NCBI GenBank assembly: GCA_903899885.1
Contig: CAIULK010000014.1
Coordinates: 18,362 to 82,361, forward strand
DNA from: an uncultured Rhodospirillaceae bacterium
GTDB taxonomy: Bacteria; Pseudomonadota; Alphaproteobacteria; Rhodospirillales; Magnetospirillaceae
Reading direction: 5' to 3'
DNA: 64,000 nt
In this document: piece by piece, positions 9,107-19,271 of the stretch
Layout: each line of letters starts with the position of its first letter
How positions within the stretch are numbered: position 1 is the first letter of the stretch
Translations under genes and position numbers: made by a program
Notes under the pieces: generated by a model
What the model was told of the DNA's origin: nothing
Seen by the model: only the letters and a program-made list of their open reading frames with translations
The model's database searches: none

Positions 9107-10977
9107 GCGGAATCATGACCGCGCTGCTGATGGTCTTGTCCTCGGCGGGTTGGGGAACGCTGCTTTTGCGATTAACCGGGGCCGCGTCGATCACCACCCC
9201 AGCCGAACGGTTTGGATGGTCGTTCACGCTGGGGATGGGGGTGCTCGGTTGGCTGGGATTTTGGACGGCGGCGCTGTTCGGGGTATCGGCCGCGACGTTG
9301 TGGGCGCCGGTCGTGATCGGACTGGCCGGACTGGCGGTATTGGCGCGGGGGCCGCTGCGCCCGCCCCGTGATCCTTGGCTGTGGGCGCTGGGTGCGCTGG
9401 CGTTGACGGCGTTGGTCCTCGACGGCGCGTCGGCGCTGGTGCCGCCGGTTGATGGCGACAGCATGGCCTATCACTTCGCGCTGCCCAAGGCGTGGCTGCG
9501 AAGCGGACATCTCGATTTCGTGCCGCAAGCGGTCGAGGCGGCGGTGCCCCTGCTACTGCACGTCACCTATCTACAGGCGCTGGGTTTGGGCGGCGAAACC
9601 GGGCTGACCCTGTGGTGCGGACTGAACGCCTGGTTCCTGCCGCTGGCGGTGGCCGTCACCGGGATGCGGTACCTGCCGCCCCGCTGGGCTTTCGGCGTGG
9701 CCTTGCTGATCAAGCTGTTACCCGCCGTCGTCTACGGCTCTCCCGCCGGTCAGGTCGAGGTGCGGCTGGCCGCCTTCTTTTTCGTCGCGGTGTTCGCCGC
9801 CGCGCGGGCCCGGCGATCACAGGCGGCGGGCCCGGCGGCGCTGGCCGGACTGGCCGCCGGTCTGTGCATGGCGGTGAAATATTCCGGTTTGGTGGCCCCG
9901 GCGGCATGCGGCCTGCTGATGCTGGCCCCCGGCGCTTGGTTCCGCCGCGCGGTGGCGTTCGGTCTTCTGGCGCTGTTGGCGGGTGGTCAATGGTACGGCT
10001 GGAACGCGCTGCATACCGGCGACCCCTTGTTCCCGATGCTGTGGGGCCATCTGCCCTACCGGCCCGAAACCCATTGGGACGGGGCGATGGCCGAGGTGTT
10101 CAAGGGCTATCTCGCGATGGAACACGGTGTTCCGGCGACGTTCGGCTGGTTTCTGGCCTATCCCTTTCAGGCGACCTTCGACGGGTTGCCCGCCTTCGAA
10201 TCCGGACGGACCGGATTCGGCCCCTACGGCGTGCTGATCCTGCCCTTCGCCCTGATCGGCGCCTGGAAGGCCCGGCGGCACTGGCGCGATTCGGATTTGG
10301 GCTGGGTGCTGGCGGCCTGCGTCCTGGGATACGCCTTATGGTTCTTCGGCGGGTCCTCGCAGCGGGTTCGGCATTTCCTACCCTATTTCGTGCCCGCCGT
10401 GATCGCCCTGACGGCGGCGGCACGCCCCATTGCCCGGCCGGCGCCGGCGATCGCCTTGGGGCTGACCCTACTGATTCAGTTGGGCGGACTGGCCGTGTTC
10501 GCCCAGCAAAACGTGGTGTGGCTGCTAACCAGCCGCGACCGCGATGCCTATCTGTCGGCCAATCTGTCGTCCTGGCCGGTGGCGCGCTGGCTGAACGGCC
10601 ATCTCGGGCCGCACGACACGGTGCTGATCACCTTGCGCGAGATCAATTACTTGATCGACCCGCCGACCTTTCTGGCGATGCCGAACTATGAAGCGGTCAT
10701 TCCCTTGCCGCCCGGACCCGACGCGGCGCAAAATCTGGCCCGGTTGCGCGACCAGGGGATCACCCATCTGGTGGTCAACGGCGTGACACCGGGCCAAGCG
10801 GCGGACGGCGACATGGCGCGATTGGCCGGGCCCTTGCTGAACGCGGGCTGCCTGCGCCAAATCGGCGCCGTCGCCACGCCCGGTCTGTTAAGATCGCGGA
10901 CCCTGGGGCTTCGCGCCGAGGGTGAAGCACTGCATTATGTTTATGCCGTCGGCGGGCCGGACTGCCGTTTGCCGTGA
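9103..10977 (+). CDS. GT-C fold membrane glycosyltransferase (ArnT/PMT_2-like)
   Basis: There are more than 10 TM segments, an acidic first-loop motif 'PPVDGDSMAYHFALPKAW' and a C-terminal soluble domain. The GTG at 9028 is an alternative start. Confidence 0.65.
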   Translation: MSGIMTALLMVLSSAGWGTLLLRLTGAASITTPAERFGWSFTLGMGVLGWLGFWTAALFGVSAATLWAPVVIGLAGLAVLARGPLRPPRDPWLWALGALALTALVLDGASALVPPVDGDSMAYHFALPKAWLRSGHLDFVPQAVEAAVPLLLHVTYLQALGLGGETGLTLWCGLNAWFLPLAVAVTGMRYLPPRWAFGVALLIKLLPAVVYGSPAGQVEVRLAAFFFVAVFAAARARRSQAAGPAALAGLAAGLCMAVKYSGLVAPAACGLLMLAPGAWFRRAVAFGLLALLAGGQWYGWNALHTGDPLFPMLWGHLPYRPETHWDGAMAEVFKGYLAMEHGVPATFGWFLAYPFQATFDGLPAFESGRTGFGPYGVLILPFALIGAWKARRHWRDSDLGWVLAACVLGYALWFFGGSSQRVRHFLPYFVPAVIALTAAARPIARPAPAIALGLTLLIQLGGLAVFAQQNVVWLLTSRDRDAYLSANLSSWPVARWLNGHLGPHDTVLITLREINYLIDPPTFLAMPNYEAVIPLPPGPDAAQNLARLRDQGITHLVVNGVTPGQAADGDMARLAGPLLNAGCLRQIGAVATPGLLRSRTLGLRAEGEALHYVYAVGGPDCRLP

Positions 10978-11016
10978 TACGCCCAAAGTCATTTGGAAAC
11001 CTGAGGGGATGATAAA

Positions 11017-12219
11017 ATGTCCATAAAAGAAAAATTCATTAAAGGCTATTTAGGGCTTTCGATATCCGTCGCCATTTCCGTTGCCGGGCTCGGTGTTCTT
11101 GAATTGGCCGCGCGCTTACATGAAACGCCCCAGGTATCCCTATTGGATTGGACGACGTTCAAGATCAGCGACGAGGCGAATTCCGCCGCGTACCGTGGCG
11201 TCGATAGGACGCGGTCTTGCGACGAGGATTCGGCGTTCTCCTTCGACAGCCTGTTCGAATCGGCTCTCCCCGCTCCCCCTCCGGCAAAGATGGGAATGTG
11301 GGGGGCATCCTTGTACCGCCCGTTCATCATGCACTACATCCCGAACCGGATCGGCGGCGGCACGCTTTCGCAACCGGCGGCGCTGCCCCATACCGTGTTC
11401 GTATTCGGCGGCAGCACGGTGGCGGGCGACGGCATCCGCTGTAACGATGATCTGCTGACCGCGAAATTGCACGAAAGCCGTCCGATCCAAGCCTTTGCCA
11501 ATATGGCGGTGTCGGGGCACAACCACAACAATTCGTCGGCCTTATACCTCGAGCTGCTCAAATCGGGCTATCGGCCCGACGAGGTTTGGTTTTACGAGGG
11601 TTCAAACGACGCGACGCACCGGGTCGCCTTCGGCGTGCCCACCATGGGCTACGAGAATGCCGTCATGGCGGCGATGAATCGCGGCTTGGCCTTTCGTGTG
11701 ATCGGCGGCCTGACCCATGCGTCGGCGCTGGCACGGTTTGTTTTGCACAACGACCCCCGGCAGCAGCATCTGTATCAGACCGAGGCAGGCCCTCCGGCGA
11801 TGGCCGCCACCGTCGCGGCACTTACCGACCGCGCCTCCTTGCACGCACGGGCCGTTCGCACGGCCGGCCGGATGCTCGAGGATTTTCAGTTTCTGTCCGA
11901 TGTTTCGAAAATGAAGGGCATCACACTGCGCTTCGTGCTTCAGCCAACTCTGTTCACGCTAAAAAATCCGAGCGACGAGGAAACAACCATCCTAGCCAAG
12001 GTCGAGACCAACGCACCCTATATCGGCATTGCCCACGAGGAGTTGTATGCCGAACTGCGCACCCGTTTCGCCGCCGCCGTTCCGGCGGGCCAGTTCATCG
12101 ACGCGACGGATTGTCTGGACGGCAAGGACCGTTCGGTATTCGTTGATTTCGTCCACGTATCGCCGCCCGGTAACGCGCTGATCGCCCGCTGTTTGGCCGC
12201 TCGCATCGGTGCGCACTGA
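11017..12219 (+). CDS. SGNH/GDSL-type hydrolase or acyl-esterase with an N-terminal membrane anchor
   Basis: Block I-like 'VFVFGGSTVAGDG' and block V-like 'FVDFVHVSPPGN' (D-x-x-H) are present. The 5' end is AT-rich, with the RBS GAGGGGA upstream. Confidence 0.55.
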   Translation: MSIKEKFIKGYLGLSISVAISVAGLGVLELAARLHETPQVSLLDWTTFKISDEANSAAYRGVDRTRSCDEDSAFSFDSLFESALPAPPPAKMGMWGASLYRPFIMHYIPNRIGGGTLSQPAALPHTVFVFGGSTVAGDGIRCNDDLLTAKLHESRPIQAFANMAVSGHNHNNSSALYLELLKSGYRPDEVWFYEGSNDATHRVAFGVPTMGYENAVMAAMNRGLAFRVIGGLTHASALARFVLHNDPRQQHLYQTEAGPPAMAATVAALTDRASLHARAVRTAGRMLEDFQFLSDVSKMKGITLRFVLQPTLFTLKNPSDEETTILAKVETNAPYIGIAHEELYAELRTRFAAAVPAGQFIDATDCLDGKDRSVFVDFVHVSPPGNALIARCLAARIGAH

Positions 12220-12319
12220 AGCCGAATGGCCGAGCCACTTGACCAGAATCCTCGCCTCTTGATCGGCGGACCAAGCCCGCCTAATATCCAGAATTACGGT
12301 TCTCGCTGGAAAACTAAAT

Positions 12320-13702
12320 ATGGGCGAGCGGTTTTCCGGAGATGACATGGTGATCGCGCGTTGGTCCTTTAGGCTGTATCCGGCTTGCCTTGCCGCCAAC
12401 TTCATTCTGTTCCTGAATGGTCTTGCCGGAATCGGCGGATTGCAGGTTTTGCGGGCCGAAGGCCTGCTTGCCCTGGTGCTGACCTCTGTGGCGGCATGGC
12501 GCACCGGCGATCCCCGCGCCCTGCTGACACCCGCCCTGCCGCTTGCCGCCGTCGCCGACCTGTTCGTGCTGACCCTGCCGGGTTATCCGGCCAAGTTCGG
12601 CGCGCTGGGGGTCCGGTACGCCGATGCCATGGCGGCGGACGGACTGTTGGCCGGGCGCATCCTGGCCTGTTTTTGCGCCGCCGCCCTGACGGCAAGCCTG
12701 TTCGTCAGCTTCCGGTGGGCACGCCCGCCGGGCCGGATCCGCACCTCGCCCGGGTTGGCGCTCCCCATCGGCCTGACCGCCGCCGCGGTGATTTTGGCGG
12801 CGATCTACGGCGTGGGCTATACCAGTGAGCACGACTTCCTCACCCCGCTTCTGGGAGCGGTGTTGGCCGGCAACATCTATCAGGCCGTGCCGCCGCTTTT
12901 GTCGCTGATCATGGCCTTCCTCGCTCTTCAAGTGCCGGGCGCGCCGCGCGTGCTGCCGCTGCTGGTGGCGGTGGCGGCGGCCCTGGTGGCGGCGCTGGTC
13001 GCGACGTCATTCATCCGCACCGCGCTGATGGCGACCGCCGCCGTCCTGGTCTTGCTTTTTTTGGTGCCGGGCCGCCTGGACCGCCGCATCCTCGTCATTG
13101 GCGCCGTGGCGATGCTGCTGACCGGCATCGCGGGGGTTCTCGCCGTTCACAAGCGGCGCATCGGCTTCGAGGGTGATATGACCGCACTGGCGGCGAGAGC
13201 CGTCACGGATAAGGTGGGCGAACGTTTCACCGTAACCTTCAGTTGCCTTTCCCAGGGGTTGGCGAGAACCCTGAACGCGCCGCCGCGTCGCACGCCGGTC
13301 TATTTTTTCTCGGGCCTTGTGCCGAGGGTGTTGTGGCCGGACAAACCGGCCCTTTCATGGGGCGATTTCTATACCGTGGCCTATTGCGACGTGCCGATTC
13401 TCGACCCCGCCCATCCGGGCTCGATGTCGGTGACGCTGCTGGGCGAACCGCTGATCGAAGCGGGATGGCCCGGATTTTTTGCCGCCGGCGTGGCGTGGCT
13501 GGCACTGGTGCTCGGCTTCACCCGGCTCTGCATGAAATTGGGGGCGCCCGGAATGGGCTGGATGGCGGCGATGATTCCTTGGCTGGCCGATTTCGACCAG
13601 TCGTTTACGATGTATTGCGCGCTCGGCGTGAAAACGGCACTCATCATGGCGCCGTTCATAGCGGTTTGGTGGTGGTGGAATGGACGCTCTCAAGGCGCCT
13701 GA
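12320..13702 (+). CDS. Polytopic membrane protein; candidate Wzy-type polymerase/ligase (assigned by context only)
   Basis: There are at least 9 hydrophobic segments and no soluble catalytic motif. It lies between the tailoring and GT genes. The start is uncertain. Confidence 0.4.
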   Translation: MGERFSGDDMVIARWSFRLYPACLAANFILFLNGLAGIGGLQVLRAEGLLALVLTSVAAWRTGDPRALLTPALPLAAVADLFVLTLPGYPAKFGALGVRYADAMAADGLLAGRILACFCAAALTASLFVSFRWARPPGRIRTSPGLALPIGLTAAAVILAAIYGVGYTSEHDFLTPLLGAVLAGNIYQAVPPLLSLIMAFLALQVPGAPRVLPLLVAVAAALVAALVATSFIRTALMATAAVLVLLFLVPGRLDRRILVIGAVAMLLTGIAGVLAVHKRRIGFEGDMTALAARAVTDKVGERFTVTFSCLSQGLARTLNAPPRRTPVYFFSGLVPRVLWPDKPALSWGDFYTVAYCDVPILDPAHPGSMSVTLLGEPLIEAGWPGFFAAGVAWLALVLGFTRLCMKLGAPGMGWMAAMIPWLADFDQSFTMYCALGVKTALIMAPFIAVWWWWNGRSQGA

Positions 13703-14798
13703 CGGAAAGATCCGGGTGCTGATCAATGCGCTGCACTCGAAATCCGGGGGCGGCATGACCTATCTCAGCAATGTCGTTCCCGCCTTGGCGGCGGAGGGCG
13801 GCATCGAGCTGCATGTCGCCCTGCACGAGAACCAGCTGAACCGCTACGAGTGGTTGGTGGACCATGCCAACCTGCATGTCTTCGACTTTCCCGACCGCAT
13901 GGCGACGACGCTGTTGTGGGAGCAGTTCGCGCTGCCGGTGGTGGCACGCATGATGCGGGCCGACGTGGTCTATTCCCCCGCCAATTTCGGGCCGCTGCTG
14001 TTGCGCAACGGCGTCGTCCTGCTCGCCAATTCCCTGGCCGTGGCGGCGATGGAGGTTCGTCTCGGCAAGATCTTGTATTGGGCGGCGCTGACCGTGATGA
14101 CGGCGCTGTCGGTGATCGCGGCGCGGCGGGTGGCGGGGGTATCCCATTACGCGGTCGATGGCGTGCTGCGCGGGCCCTTGCGGCTGTTGCGGCGCAAGAG
14201 CGACGTGATCCATCTGGGGGTCGCGCCGCAATTCTCGCCCGCTCCGGTCGTCCGCGGGAGCAACCTTTTGGCGGTGGGCGACATCTATATCCAGAAAAAC
14301 TATCACACGCTGCTGCGGTCGTTCGCGCGGTTGGCCGAACGCCATCCGGACCTGACCCTCGACATCGCCGGGCGGGAGGTGGACAGCCATTACGCCGCCG
14401 GTCTGCGCCGGCTCGTCGCCGATCTGGGACTGCAGGAGCGGGTTTCATTCCTGGGATACGCGACGCCCGAGCAGTTGTGCGAGCGCTACCGGCGTTGCCG
14501 GGTGTTCGTCTTTCCGTCCACGGTGGAAACCTTCGGCATTCCCCTGATCGAGGCCATGGCCTGCGGCGCGCCCATCGCCGGATCCGACCGGGCGGCCATG
14601 CGCGAGGTGGCGGCGGACAACATGGCCTATTTCGATCCCGAGGACGTGGATTCGATGGCCGGGGTGATCGATGCCCTGCTGCACGACGAAGCCCGCCGCG
14701 CGGATCTGTCCCAAAGGGCCGTTGAACGGGCCGCGTTATTCTCGTGGCGGCATCACGCCGAACGGATCGCCGCAGTTCTTCAGCTGGCGGCACGCTGA
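13680..14798 (+). CDS. Glycosyltransferase, GT-B fold, family 4 type
   Basis: It carries the C-terminal motif 'VFVFPSTVETFGIPLIEAMACGAPIAGSD'. Confidence 0.85.
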   Translation: MDALKAPDGKIRVLINALHSKSGGGMTYLSNVVPALAAEGGIELHVALHENQLNRYEWLVDHANLHVFDFPDRMATTLLWEQFALPVVARMMRADVVYSPANFGPLLLRNGVVLLANSLAVAAMEVRLGKILYWAALTVMTALSVIAARRVAGVSHYAVDGVLRGPLRLLRRKSDVIHLGVAPQFSPAPVVRGSNLLAVGDIYIQKNYHTLLRSFARLAERHPDLTLDIAGREVDSHYAAGLRRLVADLGLQERVSFLGYATPEQLCERYRRCRVFVFPSTVETFGIPLIEAMACGAPIAGSDRAAMREVAADNMAYFDPEDVDSMAGVIDALLHDEARRADLSQRAVERAALFSWRHHAERIAAVLQLAAR

Positions 14799-14801
14799 TT
14801 C

Positions 14802-15998
14802 ATGAGCCGGGGATCGGTCCTGCTGGTGACGCTGCCGCCCTTCCGGGGCGGGGTTCCCGCGAAGGCGGCACTGCTGGCCCGCCACCTGCGCGAGCGGGGA
14901 TGGGACGTGCATGTGGCGTATTACGCCACCCTTGCCGATCATCCCGAACTGGTCGTTCCGTCCTGGCGGCTGCCGTCGGGGGCGCGGCCCGCCCGCCTCG
15001 ACGCGACCTGCTGGGATGATTTCCCCAGCCACGCCATCGGCTGCCGTTTTCCCGAACTGGAGGCGCCCTATACCATCCCCTCGCCGTCATGGCGGCGGTT
15101 GTTCGCGGGGTTCGACCGTCATATCGCGGTCGGGGGCACGCCGTTGATCTCCAACCTGCTGGTGGGCTGCGGCATCCGCCATCTTTTGTGGTGCGCCGCT
15201 CCCTTATCCGAGGACCGCCGGGCGCGGGAAGACGCGATGCCGGCGCCGCGCCGGATGCTCGACCGCGCGCTGATCCGGCCATGGCTGCGGCGCCAGGAAC
15301 GGCGGGTTCTGACCTCGCCTCTGTGCCGGGTGGCGGGCGTCAGCCGTTATACCTGCCGGACGTTGGCGGCGCTGGGCGCCGCCGAACCCGCGTGGCTGCC
15401 GATTCCCACCGATTCCGGACGGTTCGCGCCGCCGCTTCGGCCTGCCGCCGTTGGAACCATCGGTTTCGCCGGGCGTCTGGGTGATCCCCGCAAGCGGGTG
15501 GAGCTGCTGCTGCACGCGACGGCGCGGCTAATCGAGCAGGGCGTTCCAGCGCGGCTGCGCCTCGCCGGCGACGCGCCCGAGGAGCTAAAGCGGCATGCCG
15601 GACAGCTGGGTTTGGAGGGCGTGGTGGAATTCCTGGGCCACGTTCGGCCCGAGGATCTGCCCGCCTTCTATCAAGGCCTGGACCTGTTTGCCCTGCCGTC
15701 CAGCCAGGAGGGATTGGGGATCGTCGGCGTCGAGGCGATCGCCTCGGGCGTGCCGGTGGTGACGGCAACGCGGGGAAGCGGTCCCGACGATTACGTGATC
15801 GATGGCGTGACCGGCCGTTTCGTCGATCCCACGGCCGAATCCCTGGCCGACGAACTGGCGGCACTGATCGCCGACCCCGCCGCCCGTGCCGCGATGTCAG
15901 CGGCGGCGCGCGCCCTCGCGGTTGAACGCTATGGATTCCCGGCGTTTCACCAAGGGCTGGCGGCGGTCTGGGAACAGGTCTGGGGGGACCGGCCGTGA
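14802..15998 (+). CDS. Glycosyltransferase, GT-B fold, family 4 type
   Basis: It carries the motif 'DLFALPSSQEGLGIVGVEAIASGVPVVTA'. Confidence 0.85.
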   Translation: MSRGSVLLVTLPPFRGGVPAKAALLARHLRERGWDVHVAYYATLADHPELVVPSWRLPSGARPARLDATCWDDFPSHAIGCRFPELEAPYTIPSPSWRRLFAGFDRHIAVGGTPLISNLLVGCGIRHLLWCAAPLSEDRRAREDAMPAPRRMLDRALIRPWLRRQERRVLTSPLCRVAGVSRYTCRTLAALGAAEPAWLPIPTDSGRFAPPLRPAAVGTIGFAGRLGDPRKRVELLLHATARLIEQGVPARLRLAGDAPEELKRHAGQLGLEGVVEFLGHVRPEDLPAFYQGLDLFALPSSQEGLGIVGVEAIASGVPVVTATRGSGPDDYVIDGVTGRFVDPTAESLADELAALIADPAARAAMSAAARALAVERYGFPAFHQGLAAVWEQVWGDRP

Positions 15999-17098
15999 TC
16001 CGCCTGCTCTATGTGGTCAGCCACCCGATTCAGTATCAGGCGCCGCTGTTGCGGTTGATCGCCGCCCAGCCCGACATCCGTCTGAAGGTGCTGTTCCGGC
16101 GCATGCCCGACGGAGAAATCGATCCGGGTTTCGGCGTGCCGGTGCGCTGGGATGTTCCGCTGCTGGACGGCTACAACCACGCCCCGCTGGATTTCGCCGA
16201 TTTGAGCCGGGAGCTTGACGCCACCGACGCGGTCTGGCTGCACGGCTGGCAGGGAACGGCGATGAAACGCGTGCTTCTGGCCGCCCGCCCGCGGGGCCTG
16301 CCGGTACTGATGCGCGGCGAGAACTGGCTGGGCGCGATGCCCGAGGCGGGCTGGCGCGGCCGAGCCAAGCGGATCTATCTGCGCGCCCTATTCGCCCTGT
16401 GCGCCGGCTTCCTGGCGGTGGGCCGCGAAAACGCACGCTATTACGCCCGTCTGGGCGTGCCGCCCGCGCGGATCTTTCCGATGCCCTATGCGGTCGACAA
16501 CGGTTTTTTCGCTCGCGCGGCCACCGAATCCGATCCCGCCGCTTTGCGGGCCGCGCTTGGCTTGCCGGAGGGGCGGCCGATCGTGCTTTACGCGGGCAAG
16601 CTGGTGCGCCGCAAACATCCGCACACGTTGCTGAACGCTTGGCGCCGGGCATTCCCCGAGGAGGCCCGCCCATTATTGCTGTTTGTCGGCGACGGCGCGA
16701 TGCGGCCGGAGCTGGAGGCCGGGGCCGAATCCGGCGTCCATTTCCTCGGCTTTCGCAATCAGACCGAACTGCCCGCCCTTTACGCCCTGGCCGACGTTTT
16801 CGTGCTGGCGGCCGAAGCCGAGGCGTGGGGGTTGGCGATCAACGAGGCGATGGCCTGCGGCACGGCGGTGATCGCGGGCGACGGCTGCGGCGCCGCCCAT
16901 GATCTGGTCGATCCATCCGTCGGCCGGCTGGTGCCGTCCGGCGATATCGACGCGCTGGCCGATGCCCTGCGCGAGGTGCTGCCGAGGGCCGCGGAACTGG
17001 GGGCGGCGGCGGCCCGCCGGATCGCCGAGTGGGATTTCGCCGCCGATCTTCGCGGCCTGCGCGCCGCGCTATCGTGCGTGGCCGGGGGGCGGGGATGA
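15995..17098 (+). CDS. Glycosyltransferase, GT-B fold, family 4 type
   Basis: It carries the motif 'VFVLAAEAEAWGLAINEAMACGTAVIAGD'. There is a GTGA overlap with the upstream gene. Confidence 0.85.
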   Translation: MIRLLYVVSHPIQYQAPLLRLIAAQPDIRLKVLFRRMPDGEIDPGFGVPVRWDVPLLDGYNHAPLDFADLSRELDATDAVWLHGWQGTAMKRVLLAARPRGLPVLMRGENWLGAMPEAGWRGRAKRIYLRALFALCAGFLAVGRENARYYARLGVPPARIFPMPYAVDNGFFARAATESDPAALRAALGLPEGRPIVLYAGKLVRRKHPHTLLNAWRRAFPEEARPLLLFVGDGAMRPELEAGAESGVHFLGFRNQTELPALYALADVFVLAAEAEAWGLAINEAMACGTAVIAGDGCGAAHDLVDPSVGRLVPSGDIDALADALREVLPRAAELGAAAARRIAEWDFAADLRGLRAALSCVAGGRG

Positions 17099-18144
17099 CG
17101 GCGCCGCTCTCCATCTTGTTCGTGGCCGAGGCGGTGACCGGTTCGCGGTCGGCGCAACGGCTGAACGCGCTGCGCGGCCTGGGGCACCGCGTCGTCTTCG
17201 TGCCGACCACCCCGCCGGGCTTTTGTTGCGAGGATTCACCCAGCCTGGCCTATCGCGTCAGCTATCGGCTGCGGCTGCCCCTCGACCGCGCCGGGGTGAA
17301 CGCGGCACTGAACGGGATCGACGCGTCCGCGTTCGACGTCGTCCTTCTCGACAACGCCGCGATGATCCGCCGGACGGCCCTTATCGGCCTGAAACGGCGC
17401 AATCCCCGGCTGCGTCTGGTGTGGTTCTCGGAAGACGACCTGATGAATCCCCGCCATCGCAGCCGCTGGCTGGAAGCGGCGATTCCCCTGTTCGACCTGT
17501 GGGTGACCACCAAATCCTTCAACGCGGATCCGAACGAATTGCCGCGTCTTGGGGCCAAGCGGATCCTGTTCGTGAACAACTCCTTCGATCCCGATCTGCA
17601 TCGTCCGGTGAGCGTGGACGAGTCCGAGCGCCAAGCCTTCAGCGCCGATGTCAGCTTCGTCGGCACCTTCGAAGCACCCCGCGCCGCCAGCCTGCTGCAT
17701 CTCGCCCGCCAGGGAATTGCCTGCCGGGTGTGGGGCAACGGTTGGGGCGGGATGATCGGTCTGCACCCAAACCTTGTCGTCCGTAACAGGCCGGTTTATG
17801 GTCCGGATTATCCGCGGGTTCTGGCGGCCAGCGCGGTGAATCTCTGTTTCCTGCGCCATTTCAACCGCGACCGCCAAACCACCCGCTCGGTCGAGATTCC
17901 GGCGTGCGGCGCGTTCATGCTGCATGAACGGTCGGAGGAGATGATGGCGTTGCTGCGTGATGGGGTCGAGGCGGCCTATTTTTCGGACGATACCGAGCTG
18001 ACCGCTCAATGCCGCCGTTGGCTGGCCGATCCCGGCACCCGTTCGGCCGCCGCCGCCGCTGGCCGGGAACGGATCCGGGCGCTGGGACTGTCTCATGCGG
18101 AAACGATGGCGCGCGTTCTCGACGCGGCGGGGTGCCCTTCATGA
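17095..18144 (+). CDS. CgeB-like / Glyco_trans_1_2-type glycosyltransferase
   Basis: The motif 'TTRSVEIPACGAFMLHERSEEMMALL' is typical of the CgeB-like family. There is an ATGA overlap upstream. Confidence 0.65.
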   Translation: MTAPLSILFVAEAVTGSRSAQRLNALRGLGHRVVFVPTTPPGFCCEDSPSLAYRVSYRLRLPLDRAGVNAALNGIDASAFDVVLLDNAAMIRRTALIGLKRRNPRLRLVWFSEDDLMNPRHRSRWLEAAIPLFDLWVTTKSFNADPNELPRLGAKRILFVNNSFDPDLHRPVSVDESERQAFSADVSFVGTFEAPRAASLLHLARQGIACRVWGNGWGGMIGLHPNLVVRNRPVYGPDYPRVLAASAVNLCFLRHFNRDRQTTRSVEIPACGAFMLHERSEEMMALLRDGVEAAYFSDDTELTAQCRRWLADPGTRSAAAAAGRERIRALGLSHAETMARVLDAAGCPS

Positions 18145-19271
18145 AAGTGCTGATGAACGCGATCTCGGCCCGGCGGGGCGGGATTCTGACCTATACCGGT
18201 AACCTGCTGCGGTCACTGACCGACCGGGGTATTCGGCTGCAAGTCGCGGTGCCGCACGAATTCAAGGCGCCGGACGGCGTCGAGGCGATCCGGATCGGTG
18301 TCGCCAACTACAACCCCGCCCACCGTCTCATGTGGGAACAGACGGTCTGGCCGTTGATGATCCGCAAGTTGGCGCCGGACGTTTTGTTCTCGTCGGCCAA
18401 TTTCGGCCTGCTTCATTCCCCGGTTCCGCAATTGCTGCTGATGCGCGAGGGCGGATTGTTCGATCCGTTCTATCTCAGCCACGTCTCCCCCCATCTCGGG
18501 CTGCGGGCGGGCCTGTTCCGGGCGGCGCGGCGCCGCCTGATGCTGGCCTCGGTGGACCGTGCCGACTTGGTGATGACGCCGTCCCAGGCAATGAAGGATC
18601 TGATCACCCTGTGGCGGCCGGACGCCGCCCGCAAGATCGAGGTCAACCGCTACGGCACCCGCGAGGAGATGTTCGCCAACCCGATGCCGCGCCGGAGCTG
18701 GCGCGCGGACGGGGTGCTTCGGCTGCTGATGGTGTCGGTCTATTATCCGCACAAGCGGCCGGGGGACATCTGCCGGCTGGTGGAGCAATTGGAAGCCCAA
18801 GGCATCGCCGCCCACGCCACCATCACCATGACGTTGGACGAAGTCCGGCGCTCGCCCGGCTCGGCGCTCGACTGGATCGCCATGGAACGCCTGCTGGCGG
18901 CGGGAAAGCTGACCCTGGGCCCGATCCCCTATTCGGAATTGCCCGCGTTGTACGCTTCGCAGGATGTCTTCGTCTTTCCGGCGGTGGCCGAGACCTTCGG
19001 ACACCCCCTCGCCGAGGCGTTGAGCAGCGGCCTGCCGGTGATCGCGGCGGACACGCCGGTGGCCCGCGAGGTCTGTGGCGATCACGCGCTCTACGTCCAG
19101 CCGTTCCTGCCGCGCGCGCTGTTCGAGCGCGTGATGGAACTGGACGCCGATCCCGCCTTGCGCCAACGCCTGACGGCGGAGGGCCGGTCTCATATCCTGT
19201 CGGACCTGCGTTGGGAGGATCACGTCGACCGGCTAGTCGCCCTGTTCACGAAGCTCGCGCGGCGCCGATGA
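18141..19271 (+). CDS. Glycosyltransferase, GT-B fold, family 4 type
   Basis: It carries the motif 'VFVFPAVAETFGHPLAEALSSGLPVIAAD'. There is an ATGA overlap upstream. Confidence 0.8.
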   Translation: MKVLMNAISARRGGILTYTGNLLRSLTDRGIRLQVAVPHEFKAPDGVEAIRIGVANYNPAHRLMWEQTVWPLMIRKLAPDVLFSSANFGLLHSPVPQLLLMREGGLFDPFYLSHVSPHLGLRAGLFRAARRRLMLASVDRADLVMTPSQAMKDLITLWRPDAARKIEVNRYGTREEMFANPMPRRSWRADGVLRLLMVSVYYPHKRPGDICRLVEQLEAQGIAAHATITMTLDEVRRSPGSALDWIAMERLLAAGKLTLGPIPYSELPALYASQDVFVFPAVAETFGHPLAEALSSGLPVIAADTPVAREVCGDHALYVQPFLPRALFERVMELDADPALRQRLTAEGRSHILSDLRWEDHVDRLVALFTKLARRR

